From Raja brachyura (taxonomy: Eukaryota), in NCBI GenBank assembly GCA_963514005.1, contig OY740811.1, positions 25,792,001 to 25,856,000 of the forward strand: 64,000 bases of DNA, written 5' to 3'. The notes beneath the pieces are model-generated. The model did no database searches. It was not told the DNA's origin and saw only the letters and a list, made by a program, of their open reading frames with translations. A program made the translations under genes and the position numbers. Of this stretch, positions 1 to 12,679 are shown piece after piece (position 1 is the stretch's first letter; the number at the start of each line of letters is the position of its first letter).

Positions 1-482
1 AGTTTACTCAAATTAAAAAATTGAGTTAGGGCATTACTTTTGTGGGGGGGGGGGGGGCAAGAAAAAAAAAGAAAAGTTCAGCAAGACAAATACAGACAAT
101 CATGTTGAAGTTTGGCCATGATCAGGAGTTGAATCTTGAGGCAACTTCAGGCCAGGATAAAGAGGCACTAGAGGAAAGCATTAAGACTTGAAGTTGCCCA
201 AAGAAATTTGGTCCCTTCCAAGTCCAAGAAGATGGTGCTAATATCAATTAACAGATTGAGAAACGATGCCGCTGAAGTTCAGTGTATGATGAGACACGTT
301 TCAGGTGACAAGATCAATACTTAATTTACAACATTCTAAACTCCTGATTATACTCAATAATTCCCTCCAATGTTTAATAATGTTAAGCCGAGACAAAAAT
401 GAACTATTTTAAAAACAGTAGATGTAGAGCTGAAATCTTAAAGTCCACCTCCAATTTCCAACAGGCAAGAATTGGGTCAGTC
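1..482 (-). other. VAMP3: VAMP3 3' UTR (probably continues beyond the window start)
   Basis: Follows the TAA at 483-485. No canonical AATAAA seen on the minus strand in this interval. Confidence 0.7.
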
Positions 483-499
483 TTATGAGGTCTGCCAAA
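483..499 (-). CDS. VAMP3: VAMP3 exon 5 (last coding exon, VWQTS*)
   Basis: Acceptor tattctttgctttctttgcag, then (G)TT TGG CAG ACC TCA TAA. Phase matches exon 4 and gives the short luminal tail typical of VAMP3. Confidence 0.9.
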
Positions 500-1017
500 C
501 TGCAAAGAAAGCAAAGAATAGATCAGCCACGCGATTACTCACATTGTGGACTACAGTGATTGCATGTTTGCTGCAGAAGTTATAACAAAAGGCAGCTTTC
601 GCAGCAGGAAACCAAGTCACACAAGTGACCAAAGCGTCACAATCTGACCACTTTCGTGGAACAAGTACATAGTAGTCTCCAATCTAAACCCAGTAGTTAT
701 TTGCTGGAATAATACAATTGTTGCCGGCAGCATTTACGGAGGGTCCCAAACAGCTCCAATTTGACACAAGCTCAGAGGTCAACCAGCAAGCTTCTTGGTT
801 AAATGAACCACACCTGTGGCGTGGACTGGGAGTCGAGGCGGTAGGAATTAGTACATTGGCTAATTTATCCTGACAGTCTGAGCATCACGGGTACTTTCAC
901 CATCTTCTGAATTGAGTTTCCATAAACAGAGGTGATTGAAGGAGTACTCAAGGGGCAGATTAGGAATTGGAGACAGGTGCAGATGATGGAAAGGAAAGTA
1001 AAGCAAGGAATACTCAC

Positions 1018-1069
1018 CAACTATGATAATTATGATGATCAGGATGACAGCTATTAAGATTGCCCACAT
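1018..1069 (-). CDS. VAMP3: VAMP3 exon 4, transmembrane anchor (MWAILIAVILIIIIIIV)
   Basis: 52 bp, cag|ATG...G|gtgagt, hydrophobic TM helix of synaptobrevins. Confidence 0.97.
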
Positions 1070-1566
1070 CTGTTGGAATAAAAGGTCCAAAGCCTGAATA
1101 TATTTCAATGCAGGAAATGCCACTTCTGCAGGTGCAGCGATAACAAAAACATTAATTTTGGATAAGTATCATTCCAATCTGATGTAGCAAATATCACCCA
1201 TTCCAACTTTCAGCGGGGGAGCCTCCTTTTCATTACCCAGAGGATGTGTTTTGACAGCTCCACATCGGCTCATTGCATAAAAAGCCCAGGAAGGATGTGG
1301 CCAGCTCACCACAAGAACTTATGCCAGCAGTTTAAGGAACTAGACTCAATCAAATTGATTTATCTTGAACAGTCATTTCAATCAGTCACTTCACACCAGC
1401 ATGTTAAAATGGGACTCCATTGCAAGTCAGGATACTTCCATGCAGAAACATGTGATTAAAAAGTTTACGATAAGCACTTAAGCAACAGATTTATTTTTTA
1501 TTATAAATATTCCTGACCAGGAACGATGGCTGAAGCTAACTGCCAAGAAAGAAATCACGATCTTAC

Positions 1567-1725
1567 CTTACAGTTCTTCCACCAATATTTGCGTTTTAGT
1601 TTTGCAGCACTGGTCTCAAACTGTGACGCCCCTGCTTGCAGTGCATCAGCCCGGTCATCCAGCTCTGTCAGCTTCTGGTCTCGTTCAAGAACTCTGTCTA
1701 CATTCACTCTCATGATATCCACAAC
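1567..1725 (-). CDS. VAMP3: VAMP3 exon 3, R-SNARE motif
   Basis: 159 bp, ttcag|GTT...AAG|gtaaga. Encodes [53 protein letters not shown], with the zero-layer R and WWKNCK. Confidence 0.98.
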
Positions 1726-1829
1726 CTGAAGGTGGCAAAATAGAACGGAGTGTACAGGAAAAGTCTTGATGATGCATAGGAAGTAAAAGGTGCCTGGATT
1801 TTTTATCTGAACTCTAGCAGAGATGCACG

Positions 1830-2042
1830 AGTTTAGTTTAGAGACACAGCAGGGAAACAGGCCCTTTGGTCCACACCAGCCAACATTCACCCATGCACAA
1901 GTTACATCTTTGGGATGTGGGAGGAAACCGGAGCATGAGGTCACAGGGAGAATGTGCAAACTCCACCCAGACAGCATGCAAAGTCAGGATCGAACCCGGG
2001 TCTCTGGCGCTGTAAGGCAGCGACTCGACTGCTGCGCCACCT
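1830..2042 (-). mobile_element. Same SINE family, internally deleted copy
   Basis: Head, core and tail match 23506-23799. Confidence 0.85.
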
Positions 2043-3478
2043 GGTGTGAAGAGAACCATGAGCTTTTCCGCTGGAATTAGGGGTGGGGAGAAGTATGAAG
2101 CCAAGTAGTTAATCAGTCCTTTTGTCAAGTAAAACAGTGATTCAAAAGAATAAGAGTGGAAACAAAGAACTGTTTCTAATGACTGCAAGTAGCCAAAGGA
2201 TACCGATTTCAAGTCTCTGGCAAGAATTGGGGGAAAGTGCAGAGATTAAAACCTTTATGGCTCGAAATGTATAACCTGAGAAGGTAAGGGGCAGGATTTA
2301 CTTGAAGGTCTCAAATGTACCCATTAGAAACACCCTGCAGTGCTATCAGCGTGAGAGGGGGAGTGAATGGCTCAAAAACACATGGGCTAATCATTCGGTG
2401 CAAATCTAATATCAAGCCGAGGTCGGTGGGAGGAACTTCAAACTTTTTATTGAAAGTGTGTTGTACTAGTCTGGTTGTGAAGTACATGCACCTTGAGTGT
2501 CTGGAGAAATACTTCAATAAAGAATAAAGTAGCAACATCTTAAACAAATCTATAAAAAGAACAGAAGCTCTGTATGAATGTAATTGATAAACAAACCGTG
2601 TTGCTATGATGTGTTTACGCTTCTTCAATTAGACGACTGGATTAGTGACTTCAGAGCAGATTTCTCTAATGATGTTCAATGCAATTTTTACCCAATATGG
2701 GTAGAACTGTAGGTAGAAGTCATTTGGACACTTGCTGATACAGCCAATGTCAGAAGATGCATTGATGGTGAAATCTAGTAACCCAACCACCCTTTACAGG
2801 AAACAGAGTGCATGATTACCAAGTCTCCTCAAGTTTGGAGTTGCAAACAAGCAAGTTTAGAACTAGAACAACTGCTCTAAACAGGCTGAATGGCACAGGC
2901 TGTATTTTGTTTGAACAGAAACAAAGTGGACATGGGATAGTCCTAATTCAGCAGCTGCTGCATGGTGCTTAAATATATGCAATAGATACCAGATTCCCTT
3001 GTAGGTCACCACAAGTCCTGTGCAACCTGCAAGTGATTCTTGACCATCACAGGTCAACAAGGTCAGCTCAAGGAGCACCAGCAGCCTGGTTCACTTGAAG
3101 ATGGAAATCAAACCTTTTGTCTAAAACAGCCAAAGGCAGATTGATATTAAAGATCTGCTCAATCAAATAAATTGTAGAACGACACATGCAGGAGAGCATG
3201 TTTTAGGTAGCACAAGGGTGATCAGCCTGTATCATTAATGACTATGAGAGTGTTAAGCAGTCAATACCAAACCAGGTTTCACAAGCTCCAAGCTCCCAAC
3301 ATTTATATATTTCAAGACAAATTTGCACTTTTGAAAGTAAACTTGGTTTGCAATCACTGAGCATTTCAGGTTTACTAACCAAAGGAGATGAAAATCATCT
3401 TTGGTTCATGATTCATTCATCGGAAAGTAGATTTAATTTACCATTAAACATAACTGTGCATTGGGACATGGTTCTTAC

Positions 3479-3572
3479 CTCATCCACTTGTGCCTGGGTC
3501 TGCTGCAATTTCCTGTTGCTGCCATAGGCCCCTGGAGCTGTTGGCGGAGTGTCGGGGGGACATGGGGCAGAC
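3479..3572 (-). CDS. VAMP3: VAMP3 exon 2 (SAPCPPDTPPTAPGAYGSNRKLQQTQAQVDE)
   Basis: 94 bp, ttgcag|G TCT...GAG|gtaaga. Supplies the G of the split ATG and contains the SNRxLQQTQxQVDE signature. Not in the ORF track. Confidence 0.96.
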
Positions 3573-4875
3573 CTGCAATAGAAGCAACAGCATAGTCCTT
3601 CAGATCACCACAAACGTCTAACATTTTAGCTTCAACGATAAATGTTGAGATTGAGGGGTCAGGTTCATTTCTTCTATCGATCTGTTATACTACAGTTAGC
3701 CTGCAGAGCAATGGCTCAGCAACACTGACCCACACAGGCATACACTCTGCACATTTGTCAACATGAAGCAAGGCCACCTGTGAAATACTGAACTTAGTCC
3801 ACAAGACTCTAAGTCGGCTGCAGGAGGTTGCCCCCAGACCACAAGATGGCTTGCCAGAAGAAGAGGGACAACAGTTTGGAGGCTGAGCAGGTCGTGGGCA
3901 ACGGAGGGGGATCGGGAGACGTTCCAGTGGAATGAACGATAAAATTTCACCACACGTGGCGTCGCCGGTATTATAAGCAAAATGAATTTCTCCGTGTAAT
4001 GTTTAATTCAATCCGTAACAATATCCATGGAGAATGTTAATTTCAACAAGAACATTTATACCTGGAATCTGTGCATCACTAGTTACAAGGAACATTAGTT
4101 CCATTAAAACAGTATAGAAGTACCATAAGGTGCTCCATTTATACAACAGCGTAAAGAGTTGGTCTGGCACACTGAACGTTGAGAATTCCAGCTTGTATCG
4201 CAGCACCTTGTGGTGGGTGACATGCAGGCAACAATCTCATACGATTGCAATTCAATGTTGCGTCACTAGAGGGAGAGGTTATCTGGTGCACGTCCTTCTC
4301 AGGTTACGTCAGGGTTCCACACCAGAGAAATTATCGTAAACCAAATGGCCAGAAACACAGCCAGACAATATGTAAATAAAAACAGGCCAACCAGGGGCTG
4401 TGTAGCTAAACCAGGGTGTTTAACTCGGATTTCTCTGCTAAATGCAACAATATTGCCACATACAGAGTTTCCACAGTTGCAGCACCAGAAAATCCATCCC
4501 ACCGGTCTCTCAAATGTATGGGATGTATACAAGCAAGTTGGTCATCACTAGTGCCAAACTGTTAGGCTAGAGAACTGCAAAGCACTGCGTAACAAACAAA
4601 TCTCTCTCCTTGGAGAAAGAATTAGCTCAACACGTCATGCTGATATACATCATATGCTGGATATTCAAATGACTATAATCCTGTTCACATTAGTTCTGGA
4701 TCTCACCCATCCCACCATGTCTCCTCAGGTTGGTTTGAGAAATGCAAGCTCGTGGACAGAACACAGCTGAATGGTACACAATGCTGCTGCACGAGTATTC
4801 CTCAGCAAGCCTCCAAATGAAAACCCAACAATATTATTAAGTATTTAAGAAGGCAATGCCGATACTGGAAAATCA

Positions 4876-5140
4876 AAGGTAGACAAAAATGCTGGAGAAA
4901 CTCAGCGGGTGAGGCAGCAGCTATGGAGCGAAGTTTGGTTTCACCGATGTAGAGCAGCTGACACCTAGAGCAGCGGATGTAATAAATGAGGTTGGAGGAG
5001 GTGCAGGTGGACCTCTGCCACACCTGGAAAGACTGGTGGGGTCCTTGAATGGAGTCAAGGGGGGAGGTAAAGCGACAAGTGTAGCATTTCCTGCGGTTGC
5101 AAGAGAAAGTGCCAGGAGAGGGGGTGGTTTGGAAGGGACG
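4876..5140 (-). mobile_element. Penelope-like element fragment (GIY-YIG endonuclease joined to terminal sequence)
   Basis: PGTFSCNRRKCYTC...TCTSSNLIYYIRCSRCQLLYIGETK: Zn-finger linker and GIY-YIG motif of PLEs, fused by an internal deletion to the ...ctgagtttctccagcatttttgtctacctt end. Confidence 0.9.
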
Positions 5141-6744
5141 ATTATTATTAAGTAGATCAAGTGATATCATGCTATAAGCCACTAAAATAAGTGTTATCTT
5201 GATTTCAACCTGGGAGAAAAGCAGTAAGCTCTAAAGAGGTAACTACAAGCTTTAAATGTTAGTTCAAGAATAAACGTGGCTACGACCCCAGGGAAAATCC
5301 CATTCAGACTGCACTGGGATTGTTCAGGGAATTAGTTTAGTGCCTCAGTTGCAATAATGCTGCATTGAGTATATTCAGTTTAACAATAGATTTCTCAGTG
5401 TGCAACAAATATAGAAATCAGTGGGAAACAGAGGCATCCTAACCTTAAATGGCCCTGACATAATGACCACATAGTCTGATTTTTTGGTGCGTGATTTGTG
5501 GCAACAATACTGGTAGCCATTACTCTCCAAACAAGTTGAACATCTTGCATTGGGTCACTCAAAATGCAATTTAAAAAATGAAGTAGAGCAATAAATACGT
5601 AGCAAAATAAACAAGCAACTTGTGAAAAATAATGGCTAATATTTAGTTGGTCTACCGTCACAGCCATGAAGATTGAAAATGTTTTAAAGTAAAGAGCTGC
5701 AGAGCCAGCAGTTGAATACCAAGGATCCCCAGACAGTTGACTGCAACAGATGGTCGAAAGGGAAGTGCTTGGCACAGACCACTACACATGAGGAAGTCTG
5801 TGGTAATAATTTGCACTTTACTGTTAACCACAAACTCTGGGCCACAACTGTTTGTTTTGTGCTCCTCTCTGTAGGTCTTGAGCACACATAACCAGACTAT
5901 TAGAAGAGTCACAGGTGGAACTTATTTCTGTAGTTTAATTAGCTATTTCTGATTCCTAACTCCAGGCATTTAGTGCCAAGTAATATCAGCTAGTTTAAGA
6001 GATCACTGGCAAACAGACTGAATGTACTTGAGTGGATAGATTGAAGATTGAATGTTAGAAGAAAAAGCCAAGTTTAACCTAGCCCCAACCAATGAAGTTC
6101 GATTATTAAACCAAGATGGGACTTAATGAATTTTTACACCAACATCTCTTACTCAAAGTATAGTGATAGAGGCTTCACCCATAGCATATTGCTAAGTTAA
6201 TTTTGAACTAACTTAAAATGTATTAAAGCTTTGCCTGCAACTTACAGCACAAACAGTGCATTTAACCTAACAAGTCTGAGGTTGTATACACAGTGAACTT
6301 AACTCCACTGCATCCATCTCTTCCCATTTCCAGACATACAGCTTTCGGATCCAATCATGCATTCCATTAACGCTTAGCCCAAAACAAATCTAGTCATATA
6401 TCCACAATTCCTTGTACTTAACCATTCAACTGAACAAATGTTGCCTCATAATTAACTATTGGTGAATCACGGACAAATGTACACAGAATCCTACCTTTAT
6501 CAAGCATCATCTCAAGCGCAGACTGAAAAAAATGGCAACATGTCAACCTATGTATTACCTGGTACCCACAGGATTTAAATGCGGTGAACACACCCACGAA
6601 AGGCTTATGACATTTTGAATTTAAAAAAAATCATACTCTCACCCACAGGGGGAAGAGCTGAGCAGAATCATTTCTTAAGCTACCAGCCTGTGAGTAAAAA
6701 CCAAGACAAAAGAGGTCACGTTGATGAGAGGCACTAATGAAAAA

Positions 6745-7135
6745 TGCACAAAGAGCATTTGATGGCACTGGTGTTTAGAAGGATGAGGGGAGACCTCATT
6801 GAAACTGAACGGATGGTGAAAGGCCTGGATAGAGTGGATGAGGAACTAGTGGAAGAGTCATGGACCAGAGGTCATTGCCTCAGAATTGAAGGAAGTTCTT
6901 TTAGGAAGGAGACAAGGAGGAATTTATTTAGTCAGAATGGTAAATCTGTGGAATTCATTGCCACAGACAGCTATAGAGGACGTCAATAGATATTTTTACT
7001 GCAGAGATAGATTCTTAATTAGTATGGGGGAGAAGGTAGGAGAATTAGGTCAGGAAGGACAGATAGATCAGCAATGATTGAATGGAATTGATGGGCCAAA
7101 TGGCCCAATTCTACTCTAGCACTTATGAACTTATG
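6745..7135 (+). mobile_element. CR1-type (HER1-like) LINE 3' fragment
   Basis: FRRMRGDLIET...KGLDRVD...TRGHCLRIEG...RRNLFSQ, with tail cttatgaacttatga. Confidence 0.9.
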
Positions 7136-9569
7136 AAAGTGTTTACCAAATAATGCATCTATACACACATGCTATTAACACCATTACGTCAGTGGATAAG
7201 TTCATCTTGTCTTCAGATTAATGAAGAGCATTCATGAAAGATTGGAGCAGAGAGATGGAAAGTTGCGATTGCTGCTTTTCCGTGCACGCAAATATAGGCG
7301 CATCACATTTGATAAAAAGCTCAGTATTGAATTAACCGGTTAAAACCTTTAATCAATTTTTATGCAACAACTGTGAGATCATTGGAAAAAAGTTATGAAG
7401 GGGTTTACTGATGTACACAGTGAAGGAATTGACATTTGTCGAGTTGGAATCCAGAAACAATGACGCTCCTCATCCATTTGCAATACTGCTTTTGGAGTCA
7501 GTCTCCAACATCTCCTGCTCTCACATCTGCATGGACAACAGACCAAGTGATAGATGTCAAATTCTTTACATTAGTTTAATATCCAAGGAAGATGCTTAAG
7601 TGAAAGACAAATTCAATTTATATGGGGAAAAGGCATGCAGAATCAAACTACACTCTCAAGTGAATACCCAGAGGCAAACAATTCCCATCACTATCCTGCA
7701 GCAAAAGACCAGCCAATGTTTACCCAAAGCTCACTGGCCTCTTCAGAGAAATTCCATCTCAAAGCAATGTGTAATTGTTGCTGTCTGTAATCAAGCCTCG
7801 TCATTGGGGGACTCATAACTAAAAACAAAGACCAACAGACCAAGACCTTCTCATTTAAATCATTCAGTGAACTGTGTAGGAAGGAACTGCAGGCGCTGGT
7901 TTACACCGAAGATAGACACAAGATGCTGGAGTAACTTAAAGCGACAGACAGCATCTCTGGAGAGAAGATATGGGTGATGTTTCAGGTCGAGACCGTTCTT
8001 TAGTGAACTGAGCAGCAATCTTCCTCCATATGACAGTCAAGATTCGAAGAATGGAGAAAAGTGACAAACTACCATAACACCTATGAATGAATAATTCAAA
8101 CTGGTTTTGTGTCTTTTTCCAACTTTGATGTTTCTGAGTGCAACTACTGGTGGATATACATTTCACTACACCAATTGGTGTATGTGACTAATAAAGAACC
8201 TTTGATACCTAATAAATTATGAGTGCACTTCAAAATGAAATTAAATGCAGAAGATTTACAGGGTATGCTACAATGTGAAAGGCAAGCAGAATAAAATCTC
8301 ACCCAATGCCTGATTACAGTGTGTTGCTCTAATGTCTCCATGTAAAAAGGAACACACAGCTTTAAAAAAACCCCCAATGAGTTCAAAGTGAGCAAGAGGT
8401 ACTTTTGCCTGCATGGGAAAGATTTTCCCAGGCAAGTGAATGCTTCCTACTCAGCACTTCCTTGCTGGTGAAACATATACATCAAACAGCTTCTTGCATT
8501 TCACTCCCCACCATTGTTCATTTTTCACCCCCCACCACAAGCAGTTTATAGAAATTGTAGCACAAAGCCCAGGTCTATCTTAAACGTATTCTACAACTAC
8601 CCAAGTGAATGCAAATAATTAACTTTCAGTTACCATGGCTGACGACTCAATGTGAAAACTAGAAGTCATAGATAAAACTGTCCTCAAGATCAGATGGGAA
8701 AATCCATATTGTGGTTCCAGCAGGGTGGGGATTGTGGTGGTGGAGGCAGAAGTAGCAAGATTTTCTTTCAGTCAGATCACCATCATCAGCTTGATTAGAT
8801 CCCCATAATACATTCCAAAAGTCAAGAAAACTCTTCCAGTGCTCCAAGATCTATTTATCCATAATTACCAGAAAAAGATTTATGTTCATATCACATTACT
8901 GCAGTTTTTTTTTGGGGGGGGGGGGGGATTTCCACATAAATTTGCTTCATGTTACTAAGTACCTGATGTGTGACTATCATTGTGAGAGTAATAGGCGTTC
9001 TGAAATCCTAGAGTTGTAAAAGGGCATGAAATTAGAATGCTTCAATTAATTTTTTTTGTCACAACCAACAGAAAATTGTTACAATGCTTACAGTGGTTGA
9101 GAGGGTGGGGTGCTTAAATTCCCAAATTTAAAAACTAATACAGAGCTTCGGAATCTTCCATATTTACATGCTGGAACCCAACGTACAAGCAGCTATGCTG
9201 TAACATGATAGCATCAGTCGCAAGAAAGCAAAATTATTAAAAATTCCAGTCCACACAATGATAATTGGATAAGACGATAAGGATTCTAGCAGAAATACAC
9301 ACCAAATAGCGGAGTTGCATCTCAAAATTAGAACTACTAATGGGTCAAAAGACAACTGGCCTCTCCCTCCCTCTCATACTCACTTTATGCCACCACAGGC
9401 AACCCAAGTATTTGGGAATTCTCAGCCAATAATTCATTAATTGTTTTTAAAATTGGGTCAAGTCTGTACTCACTGCAGCACTTTACAATATATTTATAAC
9501 TGGGGAAGTACATAGTAGGAAAAATAACCTCAGACACGCTAGAGACAATTAAAGCTACAGACATACTAA

Positions 9570-10239
9570 AGGCCCTGTCCCACTTACGTGTCCTAGGCAC
9601 CCAAATTACGCGACTTCGTCATCGCGTTGAGGCGCACGAGCATTGTGTGGCCACGCGGGGCCGGTCACACTGAGAAACGCAGAGGGGTATGGCGTTGTGC
9701 GTGGTATCGCGCGGCACTCCGAAATTTTGTAGCGAACGAAATCTTCGTGCGTCACAAGCCTGTTGCGTAACTGACGGACAAAGTGGGACAGGCCCAAGAC
9801 CCTGGCGCGACGCAACGTTTCACCTCCAACAGCAGCAGAAGCAGGCAAACGATCGCCGAGCTCGGCCTGGGGCACACGGCCGTTGCGGTCCGGATCCGCC
9901 CCCACTTCTACTCCCAGAGTGGGGCCAAGAAAATTGAAGATAGACACAAAATGCTGGAGTAACTCAGAGGGACCGGCAGCAGAGAAGGAATGGATGACGT
10001 TTCGGGTCAAGACGTTTCTTTCAGACTGAAGAAGGGTCTCGACCCTGAAACATCACCCATTGCTTCTCTCCAGAGATGCTGCCGGTCCCACTGAATTACT
10101 CCAGCATTTTGTGTCCATCTTCAAATGACGTCACGCGCTCCAGACGGCTGTGCGGATGCTGTGCACGACCTTCGCGCCTCAATGCAACCACGAGATCGCG
10201 TAATTAGCGTGCCAAGGACACGCAAGTGGGACAGGGGCT
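9570..10239. mobile_element. Harbinger-like MITE 1 carrying a Penelope-derived palindrome
   Basis: TIRs AGGCCCTGTCCCACTTACGTGTCC / GGACACGCAAGTGGGACAGGGGCT, flanks TAA and TTA, extra internal TIR copy at ~9781-9795. Superfamily assignment is inferred from the TIR and flanks. Confidence 0.75.
9934..10124. repeat. Penelope-derived head-to-head palindromic repeat (full copy)
   Basis: ttgaagatagacacaaaatgctggag...ctccagcattttgtgtccatcttcaa inverted arms, with centre cagactgaagaagggtctcgaccctgaaacatc. Confidence 0.85.
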
Positions 10240-12679
10240 TTACAATCAGCCCAAGAGCAAGCCCCCCGGTATACAGACTGATGTTGAGATCTAGGGGCTT
10301 CACATCCATTTCTGAGAAACTAACACATATGCTCTCTCCACAGGAAAAAAATCATTTTCCTCAAACTCAGAAGGACCACAATAATAATCTGAAACAAGCA
10401 GTTAGATCATGCAAGTCAGCTGCTCAAGAGACAACAAAGACAACTTTATATAAAACATTCCATGTAAAGTGTGTAGTGTCAAAGCAGCAGCAGGTTCTTG
10501 GGACTGGTGACTAATAGCCTGTTCAGGCTCAGTTTTAAAGTTTAGAGCCCTGACAGCACAAAACCAGCTATACCCTCTTTTTCGTCCATTTTATTTCACT
10601 CACTGGCAGCTTTGCTTTCATGTTCTAAAGTTCTCATTTCTAAAACTCACCATTCGCCTCATCCCATAACATCTCTGAGCAAATATAATTAACTATCCCA
10701 TGTCCCCTTATCGGTCGGTGTCAGGCCTTGCACTGCTTGACGATGCTCTTGTGAAGCATTTAACATTGTTGTTTGAGGAAAAAAATGATTTAAATACTGG
10801 GACCAATAAATCAACTAACCACACCCCAATCAACATTGCATGTGCCGACGTCAATTCTACACTATTTTACAATCACTCCCCAGAGGGTGGAACCCCAGAT
10901 ATTTATTGGATTAAAAACTAGGTACCACAGTTTGAAAGTGATAAATTAACAGAGCCTTCTTTTATTGACACTCCAAGATGTTTTTTTGCAAGACGTTCAA
11001 AAGCCCCGATTTTTTTTTTGATTAATTTGATTTAAGAAATTCAAATAGAGGTGAATAACTATCGGAGAGGGAAAAAAAGGTAAATTACTACGTTTCTATT
11101 TCACCAAAATGGGAGAAGGCACAGAGGAATTGAGTGGTGGGACCAGAAATTGATTATGACCAGCATGCATACCGCCATGTTTGTTTAATGCAATCTTAAC
11201 ATTGGAGCAAATTCTGGGAAATCCCATGATGATCATTGTAGGTATCAATTGGCACTATCTTTACTTTGCTTCCCAATAACACTATTTAAGAGGATGGAAG
11301 AGACTGTAGATGCTGGAATCACAAGCAAAAAAACTACCGGAGGAACTCAGCATCTGTGGAGGGAAATGGGCAGACTGCATTTTGGGTGAGGACTCTTCAA
11401 GACTGTCAATTTAATTTATGCCATATAGTCACTGTACTGAATTATGCTGCCAGATGGCTCAGTTAATAGATGCAAATCACCAACGAGTTGCAAATCAAAA
11501 TTGACATTAAATATTCCATTAGAAAGAGCAATCCAAATCTAAGGAATGCCAATGCCAATCTGGAAATAGTCAAGCCCAGCTGGGAATGTCTAACAAGTCA
11601 ACTCCTCAGGGCTACATGTAATCTAATTTTGATCAACTTTTGACACATGCCACAGTTTCACTGGCAAGACCTACAGTCACTGTCCAAGCCCAAATGCCAC
11701 AAATTGCCTTTTGGGCAAGTTTGGAGACCTATTAATCAATTACCATGCCGCTAATTTCAATACAAGCCAAAGTAGGCAATTTTCCTAACTGTTCAGCAAC
11801 AAGGCATATTCACTTATGACAATGACAATTAATTTATTGACTTTTTGACAACGTTTTTACACTACTTGAATTTAAAATTCTCATTTAATCTGCTGGGATT
11901 TGAACTCAACCAAATTTAGTATAAAGTTTTGGAAGTAGTGACAACAACAAACAATATGAAGTATTAGCTTTAAGAATTGGGAAGTGCATCTTGACATATC
12001 CAACCACATATTAATAAAACCATTCCTTCAAACATGTGGTCAGGAGTCATCACAAAATATAGGAATAGAAAAATGCACGAGAGTTTTAATCAGATTACTC
12101 TGAACACGTCCCTCCTATATAACATTATTCTCCGACATTTTGCCAACACGGCATTCATTATAGTTTAAATGGGTTTTGCATCAGAGCATTCCACAATTTG
12201 TACACCCCGTCTTGAGTAGGTCAGGTGATTCACTAAATTTCAGAGGGACTTTGCGCTTGGACCAAACCCAAAACAAGAAAGAAGAAACACCGACAATTTC
12301 CCATTAAATTTTTTTAACAAGCACGATTAGATACCTATTAATCCTCCAGTCTTCAGAAAGGGTTAACACTACTTGTTGCATTTTCATTATCGATGATTGA
12401 AAGCAGCAGCCAAGCAATCTTCTGGGAAAAGCAAGCTTGGCATTTTCTCCAAAATAGTCAGCAACTTTAAGTTACGAAAAGTACAATAATGTATCTCTCC
12501 CTTCAAAACCAGGCCTCAAGGAAGGGAACTTATCGAACCTCAGAGACAGTGGCAGCAAAGACTGCAACTAATTTCCGACAAACTTTGGAACAATTTCTCA
12601 TAATACTTTGCTGCCAACTGAAGGTGGGGAGTTTTTTTTTAAATGAACCTTCACTGAGAGGCTGAGAGGCCCAGTTTTA

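Noticed and set aside
6495-6522. Possible 28-nt cassette exon in VAMP3 intron 1 (tttttttcag|...AAG|gtagga)
   Set aside because: It would break the split ATG and its own ATGs are out of frame with exon 2. There is no other support, and such site pairs are common by chance.
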